Positions 36,528-45,301 of a stretch of DNA of 64,000 bases are shown here, piece after piece. Within the stretch, counting starts at the first letter, position 1. Each line of letters starts with the position of its first letter. The stretch spans positions 107,660 to 171,659 of the forward strand of contig CAZNDJ010000001.1 of the NCBI GenBank assembly GCA_964571705.1. The letters are read 5' to 3'. The notes beneath the pieces are model-generated. The model was not told where the DNA came from. It saw only the letters and a list, made by a program, of their open reading frames with translations, and did not search any database. Made by a program: the position numbers and the translations under genes. The DNA is from an uncultured Chitinophagaceae bacterium. GTDB taxonomy: Bacteria > Bacteroidota > Bacteroidia > Chitinophagales > LD1.

Positions 36528-37499
36528 ATGCCTAATAAGAGATTTGCGCTGATAGGCGCAGCAGGATATATCGCCTCACGCCACCTGAAAGCCATCAAGG
36601 ATACAGGCAATACTCTCGTAGCCGCACTTGACAGATTTGACAGTGTGGGCATCATGGATAGCTTTTTCCCTGATGCAGATTTTTTTGTAGAGTTTGAGCG
36701 TTTTGACAGATATGTAGACAAGCTGCGTCGTGAGAAAACGCCCATAGACTATGTGTCTGTGTGTACTCCAAACTATCTGCATGATGCGCATATCCGTTTC
36801 GGCCTGCGCAGTGGCGCAGATGTGATCTGTGAAAAGCCTCTCGTGCTCAATCCGTGGAATATAGAGGGCCTGCAGGAATATGAAAAAGAAACAGGCAAGC
36901 GGGTGTATAATATCCTGCAGCTACGCCTCCATCCAGCCATCATAGCTCTACGCGAGGAGGTAGCCAATGCACCGAAAGATAAAGTATATGAATTTGACCT
37001 GACCTATATCACCTCGCGCGGCCACTGGTACTATACCAGCTGGAAAGGCGATGTATCAAAGTCCGGCGGCATCGCTACCAATATCGGCGTACACTTCTAC
37101 GATATGCTCTCATGGATCTTTGGTGATGTGAAGAAGAATGTAGTACACGTGCATACACATGATCGTGCTGCAGGCTATCTGGAGTTTGACCGCGCGCGCG
37201 TCAGGTGGTTTCTTAGTATCAACTCTGATACCATACCGGCAGAGCTGCAAGCAGCCGGCAAGCGAACCTACCGCTCTATGAAGATAGAAGGGCGTGAGAT
37301 AGAGTTCAGTGATGGATTCACGGATCTTCATACGCGTAGTTATGAGCAGATACTGAGTGGAAACGGATTTGGCCTGATGGAGGCGCTACCATCTATACAG
37401 ATAGTGCATGACATCCGCCATCAGGCGCCTATCGGCCTGCAGGGAGACTACCATCCTTTTGCGGCACAGGACCAGGCTCCTCATCCCTTTCACTCATAA
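36528..37499 (+). CDS. Gfo/Idh/MocA-family NAD-dependent sugar oxidoreductase (WbpB-like)
   Basis: Rossmann N-terminus FALIGAAGYIASRHLKAI and the EKP motif in VICEKPL. Confidence 0.8.
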   Translation: MPNKRFALIGAAGYIASRHLKAIKDTGNTLVAALDRFDSVGIMDSFFPDADFFVEFERFDRYVDKLRREKTPIDYVSVCTPNYLHDAHIRFGLRSGADVICEKPLVLNPWNIEGLQEYEKETGKRVYNILQLRLHPAIIALREEVANAPKDKVYEFDLTYITSRGHWYYTSWKGDVSKSGGIATNIGVHFYDMLSWIFGDVKKNVVHVHTHDRAAGYLEFDRARVRWFLSINSDTIPAELQAAGKRTYRSMKIEGREIEFSDGFTDLHTRSYEQILSGNGFGLMEALPSIQIVHDIRHQAPIGLQGDYHPFAAQDQAPHPFHS

Positions 37500-37514
37500 A
37501 TCACCACAGGACGG

Positions 37515-39356
37515 ATGTGCGGCATAGCTGGTTTTTTCTCTCCATACAGGATCTGGTCTGATACAGACCTGCGCAATATGACAGATTGCCTCTCGCATCG
37601 GGGCCCGGATGCGGATGGCTTCTACATAGATAGGGATCATGGGCTAGGGTTTGGGCACCGCAGGCTCAGCATTCTGGATCTCAGCACCGCAGCCAATCAG
37701 CCTATGCCATCACATGATGGCCGGTATCAGATCTGCTTCAATGGTGAGGTATATAACTTTCGTGAGATAGCGCTTCAGCTCGGCATACATACACATACCA
37801 CATCTGACACTGAGGTTATCCTGGAGGCGTTTGCGCTGCGCGGTCCGGACTTTGTACATCTGATGAATGGTATGTTTGCCATTGCGATCTATGACACACA
37901 GGAGCATGTATTATACCTCTTTCGAGATCGGCTCGGTGTGAAGCCCATTTACTATTATGCTCAGGACGGGCATTTTGCATTCGCCTCTGAGATCAAGGCG
38001 CTACTCCGTCTAGATCATATCAATAAGAGCAAAAAAACTAATCATCAGAGCGTTTACAATTTTCTCTACGCAGGCTATGTACCCGGTCCGAATACTATTT
38101 ACACCAATATATCACGTATCCCCTCGGGTAGCTATGCCGTGGTAAAAGGTGGTGAGGTGACGATCAAAAGCTATTGGCAGCCGGAAGACAAGGTCTCCGC
38201 TGCAAAAGTCACTGATTTTAGTACAGCAAAGGATGCGCTGAAAGAGCTGCTAAGCAGCTCAGTGAAATACCGCATGATCAGCGACGTGCCTTTTGGCGTA
38301 TTTCTCAGTGGTGGTATCGACTCCAGCACTGTAGCCGCTATCGCACAAAACGTGTCGGAGGAGACCATTAAGACCTTCTCCATAGGAGTGAAGGATGATA
38401 AAATGGATGAGTCTGCCTATGCGCGCCGCGTATCTGAGCATCTCGGCACGGAGCACTATGAGTTCATTGTATCTGAGAAGGAATCCCTCGAGCTGGTAGA
38501 CCGCATACTCACAGCCTATGACGAGCCATATGCTGACTCATCTGCTATCCCCACCATGCTAGTATCCCGGCTGGCCCGCCAGCACGTGACCATGACACTG
38601 AGCGGAGATGGAGGTGACGAGCTCTTTATGGGGTATGGTGCCCATGTATGGGCAGAGCGCCTGGCTATACCCGGTGTGCACACACTGCGCCAGCCCATTC
38701 GTACGGCACTCAGCCTGCTGAGCAATCGCTACAAACGTGCTTCCGGCATTTTTGATTACAAAGATGACCACCATATCAAGAGCCACATCTTCTCCCAGGA
38801 GCAATATCTCTTTTCAGAGAAAGAGCTGTACCAGCTTATGCAGCCGGGCTATATCCATCCTCTTATTTTTAATGAGGATTTGAATGGCTTATCGCGAAAG
38901 CTTTCTGCCAAAGAGGAGCAGGCGCTTTTTGATATTAAATATTACCTGAAGGATGACCTGCTGGTCAAGGTAGATGTAGCCAGCATGCAGTTTTCTCTGG
39001 AGGCACGTACGCCGTTTCTTGATTACAGGGTCGTAGAGTTTGCCCTCAATCTGGATGAGCAGCTGAAAGTGAATAAGGGCGTAAGCAAATATTTACTCAA
39101 AGAGGTACTATACGATTATGTGCCTCAAGAATATTTCGCACGGCCTAAGAAGGGATTCTCTATCCCACTCATCCGCTGGCTGCACAAGGATCTGAAGTAT
39201 CTATTGGATAAATACCTGTCCCGGGCCGCTGTGGAGCAGGCTGGGTTTGTAAAATATGATCAGGTAGCCTCGCTGCTCCGCCGCTTTGAGGCAGGAGAGA
39301 ACTATCTATACAACCGCCTTTGGGCGCTCATGCTCCTGCACAAGTGGGCGCAATAA
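37515..39356 (+). CDS. asnB: Asparagine synthase-type glutamine amidotransferase (AsnB/WbpS-like)
   Basis: N-terminal nucleophile MCGIAG, RGPD, and the PP-loop SGGIDSS in FLSGGIDSSTVAA. Confidence 0.9.
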   Translation: MCGIAGFFSPYRIWSDTDLRNMTDCLSHRGPDADGFYIDRDHGLGFGHRRLSILDLSTAANQPMPSHDGRYQICFNGEVYNFREIALQLGIHTHTTSDTEVILEAFALRGPDFVHLMNGMFAIAIYDTQEHVLYLFRDRLGVKPIYYYAQDGHFAFASEIKALLRLDHINKSKKTNHQSVYNFLYAGYVPGPNTIYTNISRIPSGSYAVVKGGEVTIKSYWQPEDKVSAAKVTDFSTAKDALKELLSSSVKYRMISDVPFGVFLSGGIDSSTVAAIAQNVSEETIKTFSIGVKDDKMDESAYARRVSEHLGTEHYEFIVSEKESLELVDRILTAYDEPYADSSAIPTMLVSRLARQHVTMTLSGDGGDELFMGYGAHVWAERLAIPGVHTLRQPIRTALSLLSNRYKRASGIFDYKDDHHIKSHIFSQEQYLFSEKELYQLMQPGYIHPLIFNEDLNGLSRKLSAKEEQALFDIKYYLKDDLLVKVDVASMQFSLEARTPFLDYRVVEFALNLDEQLKVNKGVSKYLLKEVLYDYVPQEYFARPKKGFSIPLIRWLHKDLKYLLDKYLSRAAVEQAGFVKYDQVASLLRRFEAGENYLYNRLWALMLLHKWAQ

Positions 39357-39368
39357 ATCAAATGCATC

Positions 39369-40610
39369 ATGGCTGATCAGAAAGCACTCTATATCTCCTA
39401 TGATGGTATGACCGACCCGCTGGGCCGGTCCCAGGTGATCCCATATCTTATCGGCCTTACAGCTACAGGTATCCGCTTCTCCCTGATGAGCTTCGAGAAA
39501 CCAGAGCGTTATGAAAAGGATAAAAAATCTATCTCGGACCTGCTGCAGATACACGGCATCAGGTGGCTGCCTCAGCAGTACACTAAGAGGCCACCGATCC
39601 TGTCTACGCTCTGGGATGTATGGCAGATGCGCCGCGCCGCCGCCCGTGAGTACGAGCGCGAGCCATATGACGTAGTACACTGCCGCAGCTACATCAGCGC
39701 CCTGGTGGGCCTCTGGCTGAAGCGCAAATATGGAGTCAAAATGATCTTTGACATGCGTGGCTTCTGGGCTGATGAGCGCATAGACGGAGGCATCTGGCCC
39801 AGAGACAGGCAGCCGTATAGTATGATCTATGATTTCTTTAAACGCAAGGAAAAGGAGTACCTGCTCACTGCAGACCAGATCATCAGCCTCACAGACAATG
39901 CACGCCTCGAGATGCAAGGGTGGAAACTGCGCGCTACTCCACTTCCTATCACCGTGATCCCATGCTGTACTGACCTCAGTAAATTCGACCCAAAGAAAGT
40001 GGATGGATCCCGGCGCCAGGCACTAAAGGCTGAGCTGGGCATTACTGATCAGGATATCGTGATGTCCTATCTCGGATCGCTCGGTACCTGGTACATGGTG
40101 GATGAGATGCTGGATCTTTTTGCCACAGCACTTAGCACGCATACTCATTTGAAGTTCCTCTTCATTACAGCAGATACACCGGCCATAGTGTACGACAAGG
40201 CAAAGAACAAAAATATCCCGGCAGATAAGATCATCGTAAGGCAGAGCCCATATGACCAGGTGGCCACTTTCCTCAGCCTGTCACAGATCGCGGTATTCTT
40301 CATTAAACCCGCCTATTCCAAAAAAGCCTCCTCGCCTACCAAACAAGGTGAGCTGATGGCTATGGGCATACCCCTGATCTGCAATAAAGGTGTAGGCGAT
40401 GTAGATCATATCATAGAAGACACGCAGGCTGGTATAGCATTAGAGGGTTTTACACAAGCCGATTATAGCTATGCAGCCTCGCAGATAGATCGCCTGCTGG
40501 CTATAGATCATGCACATATTCAGCATGGTGGCTACCGGTATTACGCTTTAGCTGAAGGCGTAAAAAGATACAAGGCTGTATATGACCAGCTGAAAGGGAC
40601 AACAGCATGA
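39369..40610 (+). CDS. Group 1 (GT4-like) glycosyltransferase
   Basis: The N-terminus ALYISYDGMTDPLGRSQV is typical of this GT-B subgroup. PTKQGELMAMGIPLI is the E-x7-E region. Confidence 0.75.
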   Translation: MADQKALYISYDGMTDPLGRSQVIPYLIGLTATGIRFSLMSFEKPERYEKDKKSISDLLQIHGIRWLPQQYTKRPPILSTLWDVWQMRRAAAREYEREPYDVVHCRSYISALVGLWLKRKYGVKMIFDMRGFWADERIDGGIWPRDRQPYSMIYDFFKRKEKEYLLTADQIISLTDNARLEMQGWKLRATPLPITVIPCCTDLSKFDPKKVDGSRRQALKAELGITDQDIVMSYLGSLGTWYMVDEMLDLFATALSTHTHLKFLFITADTPAIVYDKAKNKNIPADKIIVRQSPYDQVATFLSLSQIAVFFIKPAYSKKASSPTKQGELMAMGIPLICNKGVGDVDHIIEDTQAGIALEGFTQADYSYAASQIDRLLAIDHAHIQHGGYRYYALAEGVKRYKAVYDQLKGTTA

Positions 40611-41674
40611 AGACAGTCTACTTTATAGTACCCTACCCTCATGGCGAGGCACCGTCACAGCGCTTCCGCTTTGAGCAGTATTATACTGCGCTGAGGGATC
40701 AGGGCATTACCTTTCATACCAGTCCGTTTTTGGATCATGATACCTGGCAGATCTTATACAGACCAGGACACACAGTAGCTAAAGTAGTCGGTATATTGCG
40801 CGGCTTCTGGCGCCGCTGTGGAGACCTGCTCCGCATACCAGGTTATGATTATGTATTCATTCACCGCGAGGCATCACCTATCGGCCCCCCTGTCTTTGAG
40901 TGGATCATAGCCAAAATCCTGCGCAAAAAGATCATCTATGACTATGATGATGCCATCTGGCTCTCCAATACATCTGCCCACAATAAGATAGCCGCAGGTC
41001 TCAAATGGCACGGCAAAGTCGCTTCTATCTGCCGCTGGGCCTGGCGGATATCCTGTGGCAACGACTACCTGGCCGACTATGCCCGGCAATACAATACGCG
41101 TGTAGTGGTTAACCCCACCACGATAGATACTGAACATCTGCACAATCAGGTCAAAGACCAGCACACTGAGCGCATAGTGATAGGATGGACCGGCACCCAC
41201 TCTACAGCGCAGTACCTGGATCATATCATCCCCATACTCGAGCGGCTGGAGCAGGACCATGAGTTTACTTTTATGGTCATCTCAAACAGGGAGCTGAAGA
41301 CAAACCTCCGCTCACTACGCTATAAACATTGGAATAAGGACACAGAGATAGCCGATCTGCTGGAGTTTAATATTGGCCTCATGCCACTCACTGATGACCA
41401 GTGGGCCCGCGGCAAATGCGGATTTAAGGCGCTACAGTACATGAGTCTGGGCGTACCAGCACTGGTCTCGCCGGTAGGGGTCAATACACAGATAGTAGAC
41501 GACCATGTGAATGGTATGATATGCGCCACCGATCAGGACTGGGAGCGCGCCATTACCACCTATATATCAGATGCTGCCCAGCGCATACGTGCAGGTCTTG
41601 CGGCACGGCAGAAGATAGAAGCCTGCTACTCTGTGCGGAGTAATACACCTAACTTTATTTCCCTTTTTGATTAG
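40607..41674 (+). CDS. Glycosyltransferase (GT-B fold)
   Basis: GFKALQYMSLGVPALVSPVGVN is a C-terminal sugar-nucleotide-binding-like region. Overlaps the upstream gene by 4 nt. Confidence 0.65.
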   Translation: MKTVYFIVPYPHGEAPSQRFRFEQYYTALRDQGITFHTSPFLDHDTWQILYRPGHTVAKVVGILRGFWRRCGDLLRIPGYDYVFIHREASPIGPPVFEWIIAKILRKKIIYDYDDAIWLSNTSAHNKIAAGLKWHGKVASICRWAWRISCGNDYLADYARQYNTRVVVNPTTIDTEHLHNQVKDQHTERIVIGWTGTHSTAQYLDHIIPILERLEQDHEFTFMVISNRELKTNLRSLRYKHWNKDTEIADLLEFNIGLMPLTDDQWARGKCGFKALQYMSLGVPALVSPVGVNTQIVDDHVNGMICATDQDWERAITTYISDAAQRIRAGLAARQKIEACYSVRSNTPNFISLFD

Positions 41675-43035
41675 AGGTTTTTTGCCTTTTGGCGCTTTTT
41701 GCCCTGCTCAGCATGATGATTGGCCAGGACCAGAGCGAGCATGAAAAAAGGAAGTGCCGGTATCTTGTACCTGTCCAGCGCGCCAAAATTGTAGCTGGTA
41801 AAACCTGCCACAAACGAATAGAATAAACTAAATGTTAGCGAAAAAAGTATGAGCGGATCACTCGTGATGGCCGCTATACCTCGCAGACGCGTCACTGCCA
41901 GCGTGTACAAAAGGTACAATCCAAAGAATAAACTTTGGAGGGCCGTGATCAATTGAAACCCCGTATGCGCCTCTGTCAAATAAGGGCGGAAAAGTGTGAC
42001 ATTTACCGCCTTGGGAAAGACCTTGATCAGGCTACTGGTAGTATAATCGGTGATACCCAGGTCATAAGCAGAGCCGCCCAGAGAGCCGTGCCAGCTTTGA
42101 AATCCCTCCGCCTTTTGCTGCAGTGCCTCTGCGCTTAGCTTTTCATCTGAGTTCATGACCCGTCCCACGCCAAATATCACCACCACGGTAGCAACAATGA
42201 GTAGAAATGGGAAAGAAACAGCCTTGATCGTTTCATTTTTGATGATCCGATCTCTAAACTCAGCGAAGAGCCAGAAACCAATACAAGGTATAAGAATGAT
42301 CAGGAAGAAAAGGCGGATGCTGTACATCAGGTACAAGCCTGCAAATAGCCAGGCAAACTGACCTATAGAGATATTGCGGCGGATAAAGATCTGATAGATG
42401 TGGTAAGACACCAGAAAAAGCCCGCCCAGCGTCAGCGTATCCTTAAAGACGCCGCTACCCCAAAAGAACACAGAAGGAATATAAAAGAGGCAGTAGGCAA
42501 ATCTCTGGATCATTTTGCCATCCGGATAGAGGTCTGCCAGCAGGCTAAAAAACTTCCAGCTACAGTAGAGTGAGAAGATACTAAAGTAGATGGAGATGAC
42601 AGGATATGAGTCCAGTGAAAAAAGATCCACCACTGCTGTGATCCGGACTATCGTCCACGTAGTCGGGTCGTAGATGAACGGGAGGTAGTCATACTGTGCC
42701 AGCTCCGGATACTGCCACACAGGCATTGTACTGAGGAGGTGAAAGGCATCAGCTGGCTTATCAGCAAAAAGTGAATAGATAAAACTGGCAGATGTATAAA
42801 ACTCCATGGTATCACCGCCATGATAGTAGTATTGATACACCAGCCCGGATGCTATGGCGCCAAACATTTTGAGCGTCAGCGCGGGGATAAAGTACTTGCG
42901 CAGGTCCTTGCGTATCTTCCCTTTTACAAAACTATTGGCTAGTGCATACACCAGCAGGATAAATAGCGGTGCCAGTACCCAATCTCGCGGCTCCAGATAC
43001 TGGTATTCGTAAAAATGTTGATGAAACTTATTCAA
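41671..43035 (-). CDS. Polytopic membrane protein (about 12 TM), candidate GT-C-type transferase or polymerase
   Basis: Hydrophobic throughout. Sits at the edge of the glycan locus. No diagnostic motif recognised. Confidence 0.55.
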   Translation of the reverse strand: MNKFHQHFYEYQYLEPRDWVLAPLFILLVYALANSFVKGKIRKDLRKYFIPALTLKMFGAIASGLVYQYYYHGGDTMEFYTSASFIYSLFADKPADAFHLLSTMPVWQYPELAQYDYLPFIYDPTTWTIVRITAVVDLFSLDSYPVISIYFSIFSLYCSWKFFSLLADLYPDGKMIQRFAYCLFYIPSVFFWGSGVFKDTLTLGGLFLVSYHIYQIFIRRNISIGQFAWLFAGLYLMYSIRLFFLIILIPCIGFWLFAEFRDRIIKNETIKAVSFPFLLIVATVVVIFGVGRVMNSDEKLSAEALQQKAEGFQSWHGSLGGSAYDLGITDYTTSSLIKVFPKAVNVTLFRPYLTEAHTGFQLITALQSLFFGLYLLYTLAVTRLRGIAAITSDPLILFSLTFSLFYSFVAGFTSYNFGALDRYKIPALPFFMLALVLANHHAEQGKKRQKAKNL

Positions 43036-43076
43036 GGTTTTGAGATACTGCGCTGGTAAACCTTACAATGATACAC

Positions 43077-43108
43077 AAAAAAAATGGCCGCACCTTTCGG
43101 TAACGACC
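43077..43108 (-). terminator. Rho-independent terminator after the 160-aa lipoprotein gene
   Basis: Minus-strand RNA GGUCGUUACC-GAAA-GGUGCGGCC forms 9 bp with one bulge and a GAAA tetraloop, followed by AUUUUUUUU. Confidence 0.65.
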
Positions 43109-43167
43109 ACTTTTGAACCTATGAAAACGTAATGCTAATATAGCAATATTCTATTTTTTCGGAAAAT

Positions 43168-43650
43168 TTATTGCGCCAGATAGAGGTCTTCGCTGCCACT
43201 GTAGAGATGAAGGCTCTTTGCACTATGATCTTGTATCTCGTATTGCACAGCTGAGAGGGAGTCATTGGTCTGCAGGTATTTATTACCGTTGATGAGTACC
43301 CATACGCCCCTCACATCATTGTAATGTACAAATGGTACGATAGCGCTAGTAGTGATCGTGCTGTCAAATACCACGGTCATAGTAGTAGAGTCAAAGTGCT
43401 GTATACTGTCTACCGTATAGACGCGGCCTATGCGGTTATCAGACCATGTCTTATGGTATTTGCCATCGGAGCTAAAGCTCCACTGAAATCCGGCATGAGT
43501 CGTATCAAAAGCGACCGTCTGGTCCCTGCCATCTACTACATATTTGGTCACATGCCAGTTGCCCGTGATATCGCTTACCAGTTTTTTCTCATTGCAGCCC
43601 ATGATAGCTACAGAGAGCATTACTGAGAGGATGACTATAGTTTTTTTCAT
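43168..43650 (-). CDS. Lipocalin-like lipoprotein (160 aa)
   Basis: Lipobox AIMGC. GNWHVTKYVVDGRDQT is shared with the neighbouring paralogue. Confidence 0.6.
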   Translation of the reverse strand: MKKTIVILSVMLSVAIMGCNEKKLVSDITGNWHVTKYVVDGRDQTVAFDTTHAGFQWSFSSDGKYHKTWSDNRIGRVYTVDSIQHFDSTTMTVVFDSTITTSAIVPFVHYNDVRGVWVLINGNKYLQTNDSLSAVQYEIQDHSAKSLHLYSGSEDLYLAQ

Positions 43651-43676
43651 TCTTCGTTTGTAGCCCGGTTACAGGA

Positions 43677-44060
43677 TTATTGAAATTTCCTAAAGTAGCG
43701 GTCTTCCCTATCCTTCAGGAGCTCCACATGGTTGCCGGTGAGGTTAAAGATGGTGTAGGTCGACGCTACATTACCCGTATCGGTCATGACCAGCTGCCCA
43801 TAGTTATTTTGGAATGCCCACGTACCCGTCTGGATATTAGAGTCTGCACCTTGGGGGTTCATTTCCATATACTTGCCATCCGCAGTGAAGGTGATGCTAT
43901 AGTTTTGGAAAGAATCATTTACCAGGTGAGTCTGATCTATATTATCCCGGGTGATCTTGTATATAAACCATCTGCCGGTCAGGTCATTCACATACTCTGT
44001 CTTGTGAGAGCAGCCGATCAGCAGAAATGCGGCTGCCAGTATCCAAAATGCCTTCTTCAT
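43677..44060 (-). CDS. Lipocalin-like lipoprotein (127 aa), paralogue of 43168-43650
   Basis: Lipobox LIGC. GRWFIYKITRDNIDQT. Confidence 0.6.
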   Translation of the reverse strand: MKKAFWILAAAFLLIGCSHKTEYVNDLTGRWFIYKITRDNIDQTHLVNDSFQNYSITFTADGKYMEMNPQGADSNIQTGTWAFQNNYGQLVMTDTGNVASTYTIFNLTGNHVELLKDREDRYFRKFQ

Positions 44061-44136
44061 CCTTGATTATGTATTGGTTTTAGCTAAGATATTCTTAAAA
44101 ATATAAAATAACCTCTTGCTTATGGGTAAATATAAA

Positions 44137-44628
44137 TCATTGCCCGACTTCCTCAAAGCTTCCTTTGCTTTTGTTTTTCCTCACATTATCCCAGGTGAAG
44201 TATTTACCATTCATAGCCACATAGACACCCGGCGGCAGTGACTGGACAAATGCCAGTGCCGTACCCAGGTTGAAGAGCCCATCAGAGCTACCAAACTTGT
44301 ACGGGATCATAGCCCCGGTCAGTACGATGGTCTTGTCTTTGATAGCCTCCCCCAGTGCACGGGCCGTGACCTCCATGGTATCTGTGCCGTGCGTGATCAC
44401 GATACTTTTCTCCTCGCACTTATGGCAGGCATTGACTATCAGCTCACGATCCTGATCGGTCATCTCCAGGCTATCTATCATCATCAGGGTCCGGATGCTC
44501 ACATCCAGCCCACAGCGGCCCAGCTCCAGTATCTCAGGCAGGTGCGTATCGTTGAAGTATAGCCGTCCGTTGATCTCGTCGTATTCTTTGTCAAAAGTGC
44601 CGCCGGTGATAAATATTTTGATGCCCAT
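44137..44628 (-). CDS. Asparaginase-domain protein (short, N-terminal-domain type)
   Basis: The N-terminus IKIFITGGTFDK (TGGT nucleophile motif) and HGTDTM. Confidence 0.7.
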   Translation of the reverse strand: MGIKIFITGGTFDKEYDEINGRLYFNDTHLPEILELGRCGLDVSIRTLMMIDSLEMTDQDRELIVNACHKCEEKSIVITHGTDTMEVTARALGEAIKDKTIVLTGAMIPYKFGSSDGLFNLGTALAFVQSLPPGVYVAMNGKYFTWDNVRKNKSKGSFEEVGQ

Positions 44629-44749
44629 AGTACCTGATTGTATCCGTGCAAGATTGCAATTATCCTATAACTGTCAAAATCACCGGTGATACCCGTATGA
44701 ATACGAGATAAGCAGGCAAATAGATACTTGTGAGAGGCAAAAAAATTGT

Positions 44750-44995
44750 CTAGTTAAGACAGAAGTAGTAGCTGACGGGATTAGTCAGGATAGTGCTGGC
44801 CTTGGTGCGGTCCAGGTGAAATACCTGCCGGCGCAGGCGGAAGGTCATAAAGGTCCGCTCGGGATCATTGTCTATCACGCGGATCAGGTCACCCGGGAAG
44901 CAGCCCGCGTCAAACAATTGTTCGATCAGGTGCTTGTCGGTCAGGTCCACGATATAGCCAAACTCCCCGCGGAGCAGGTCGGATAAGGGTCGCAT
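44750..44995 (-). CDS. feoA: FeoA-domain protein, stand-alone
   Basis: Size (81 aa) and the pattern L..L..GE.G.I..L......L...G..PG..I.V fit an SH3-like FeoA domain. No feoB is adjacent. Confidence 0.65.
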   Translation of the reverse strand: MRPLSDLLRGEFGYIVDLTDKHLIEQLFDAGCFPGDLIRVIDNDPERTFMTFRLRRQVFHLDRTKASTILTNPVSYYFCLN

Positions 44996-45084
44996 GTCTT
45001 AATAACTTAGGTGTAAGGGGTCTAACACTATTAAGATAGTAGCTCCTTTCACCTTTGTCAATAGTGAGGTTTTCCACAGCTGGA

Positions 45085-45228
45085 TCAGTGCTTCAGCCGG
45101 TGTCCGCCAAATTTAGGGCAGTCACATTTATTGGCAGCACAGCCTGTGCTCATAGTAGCTGTGGCCATGAGTAGTATGGCAGTGAGTGCCAGTACCAGAC
45201 TGCGGGTGCAAAAACGTGAAGCAGACAT
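45085..45228 (-). CDS. 47-aa Cys-rich mini-lipoprotein, below the track cut-off
   Basis: Hand translation: MSASRFCTRSLVLALTAILLMATATMSTGCAANKCDCPKFGGHRLKH*. It has a signal peptide, lipobox STGC and a CxC motif. The track lists only a different-frame ORF here. Confidence 0.35.
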   Translation of the reverse strand: MSASRFCTRSLVLALTAILLMATATMSTGCAANKCDCPKFGGHRLKH

Positions 45229-45301
45229 AAAGAGTAAAGTTGGTTTTAGTTACATTAGCACGCCTGTATTGTAAACGTGTCCCGGCAAATTTAATTATCC
45301 G

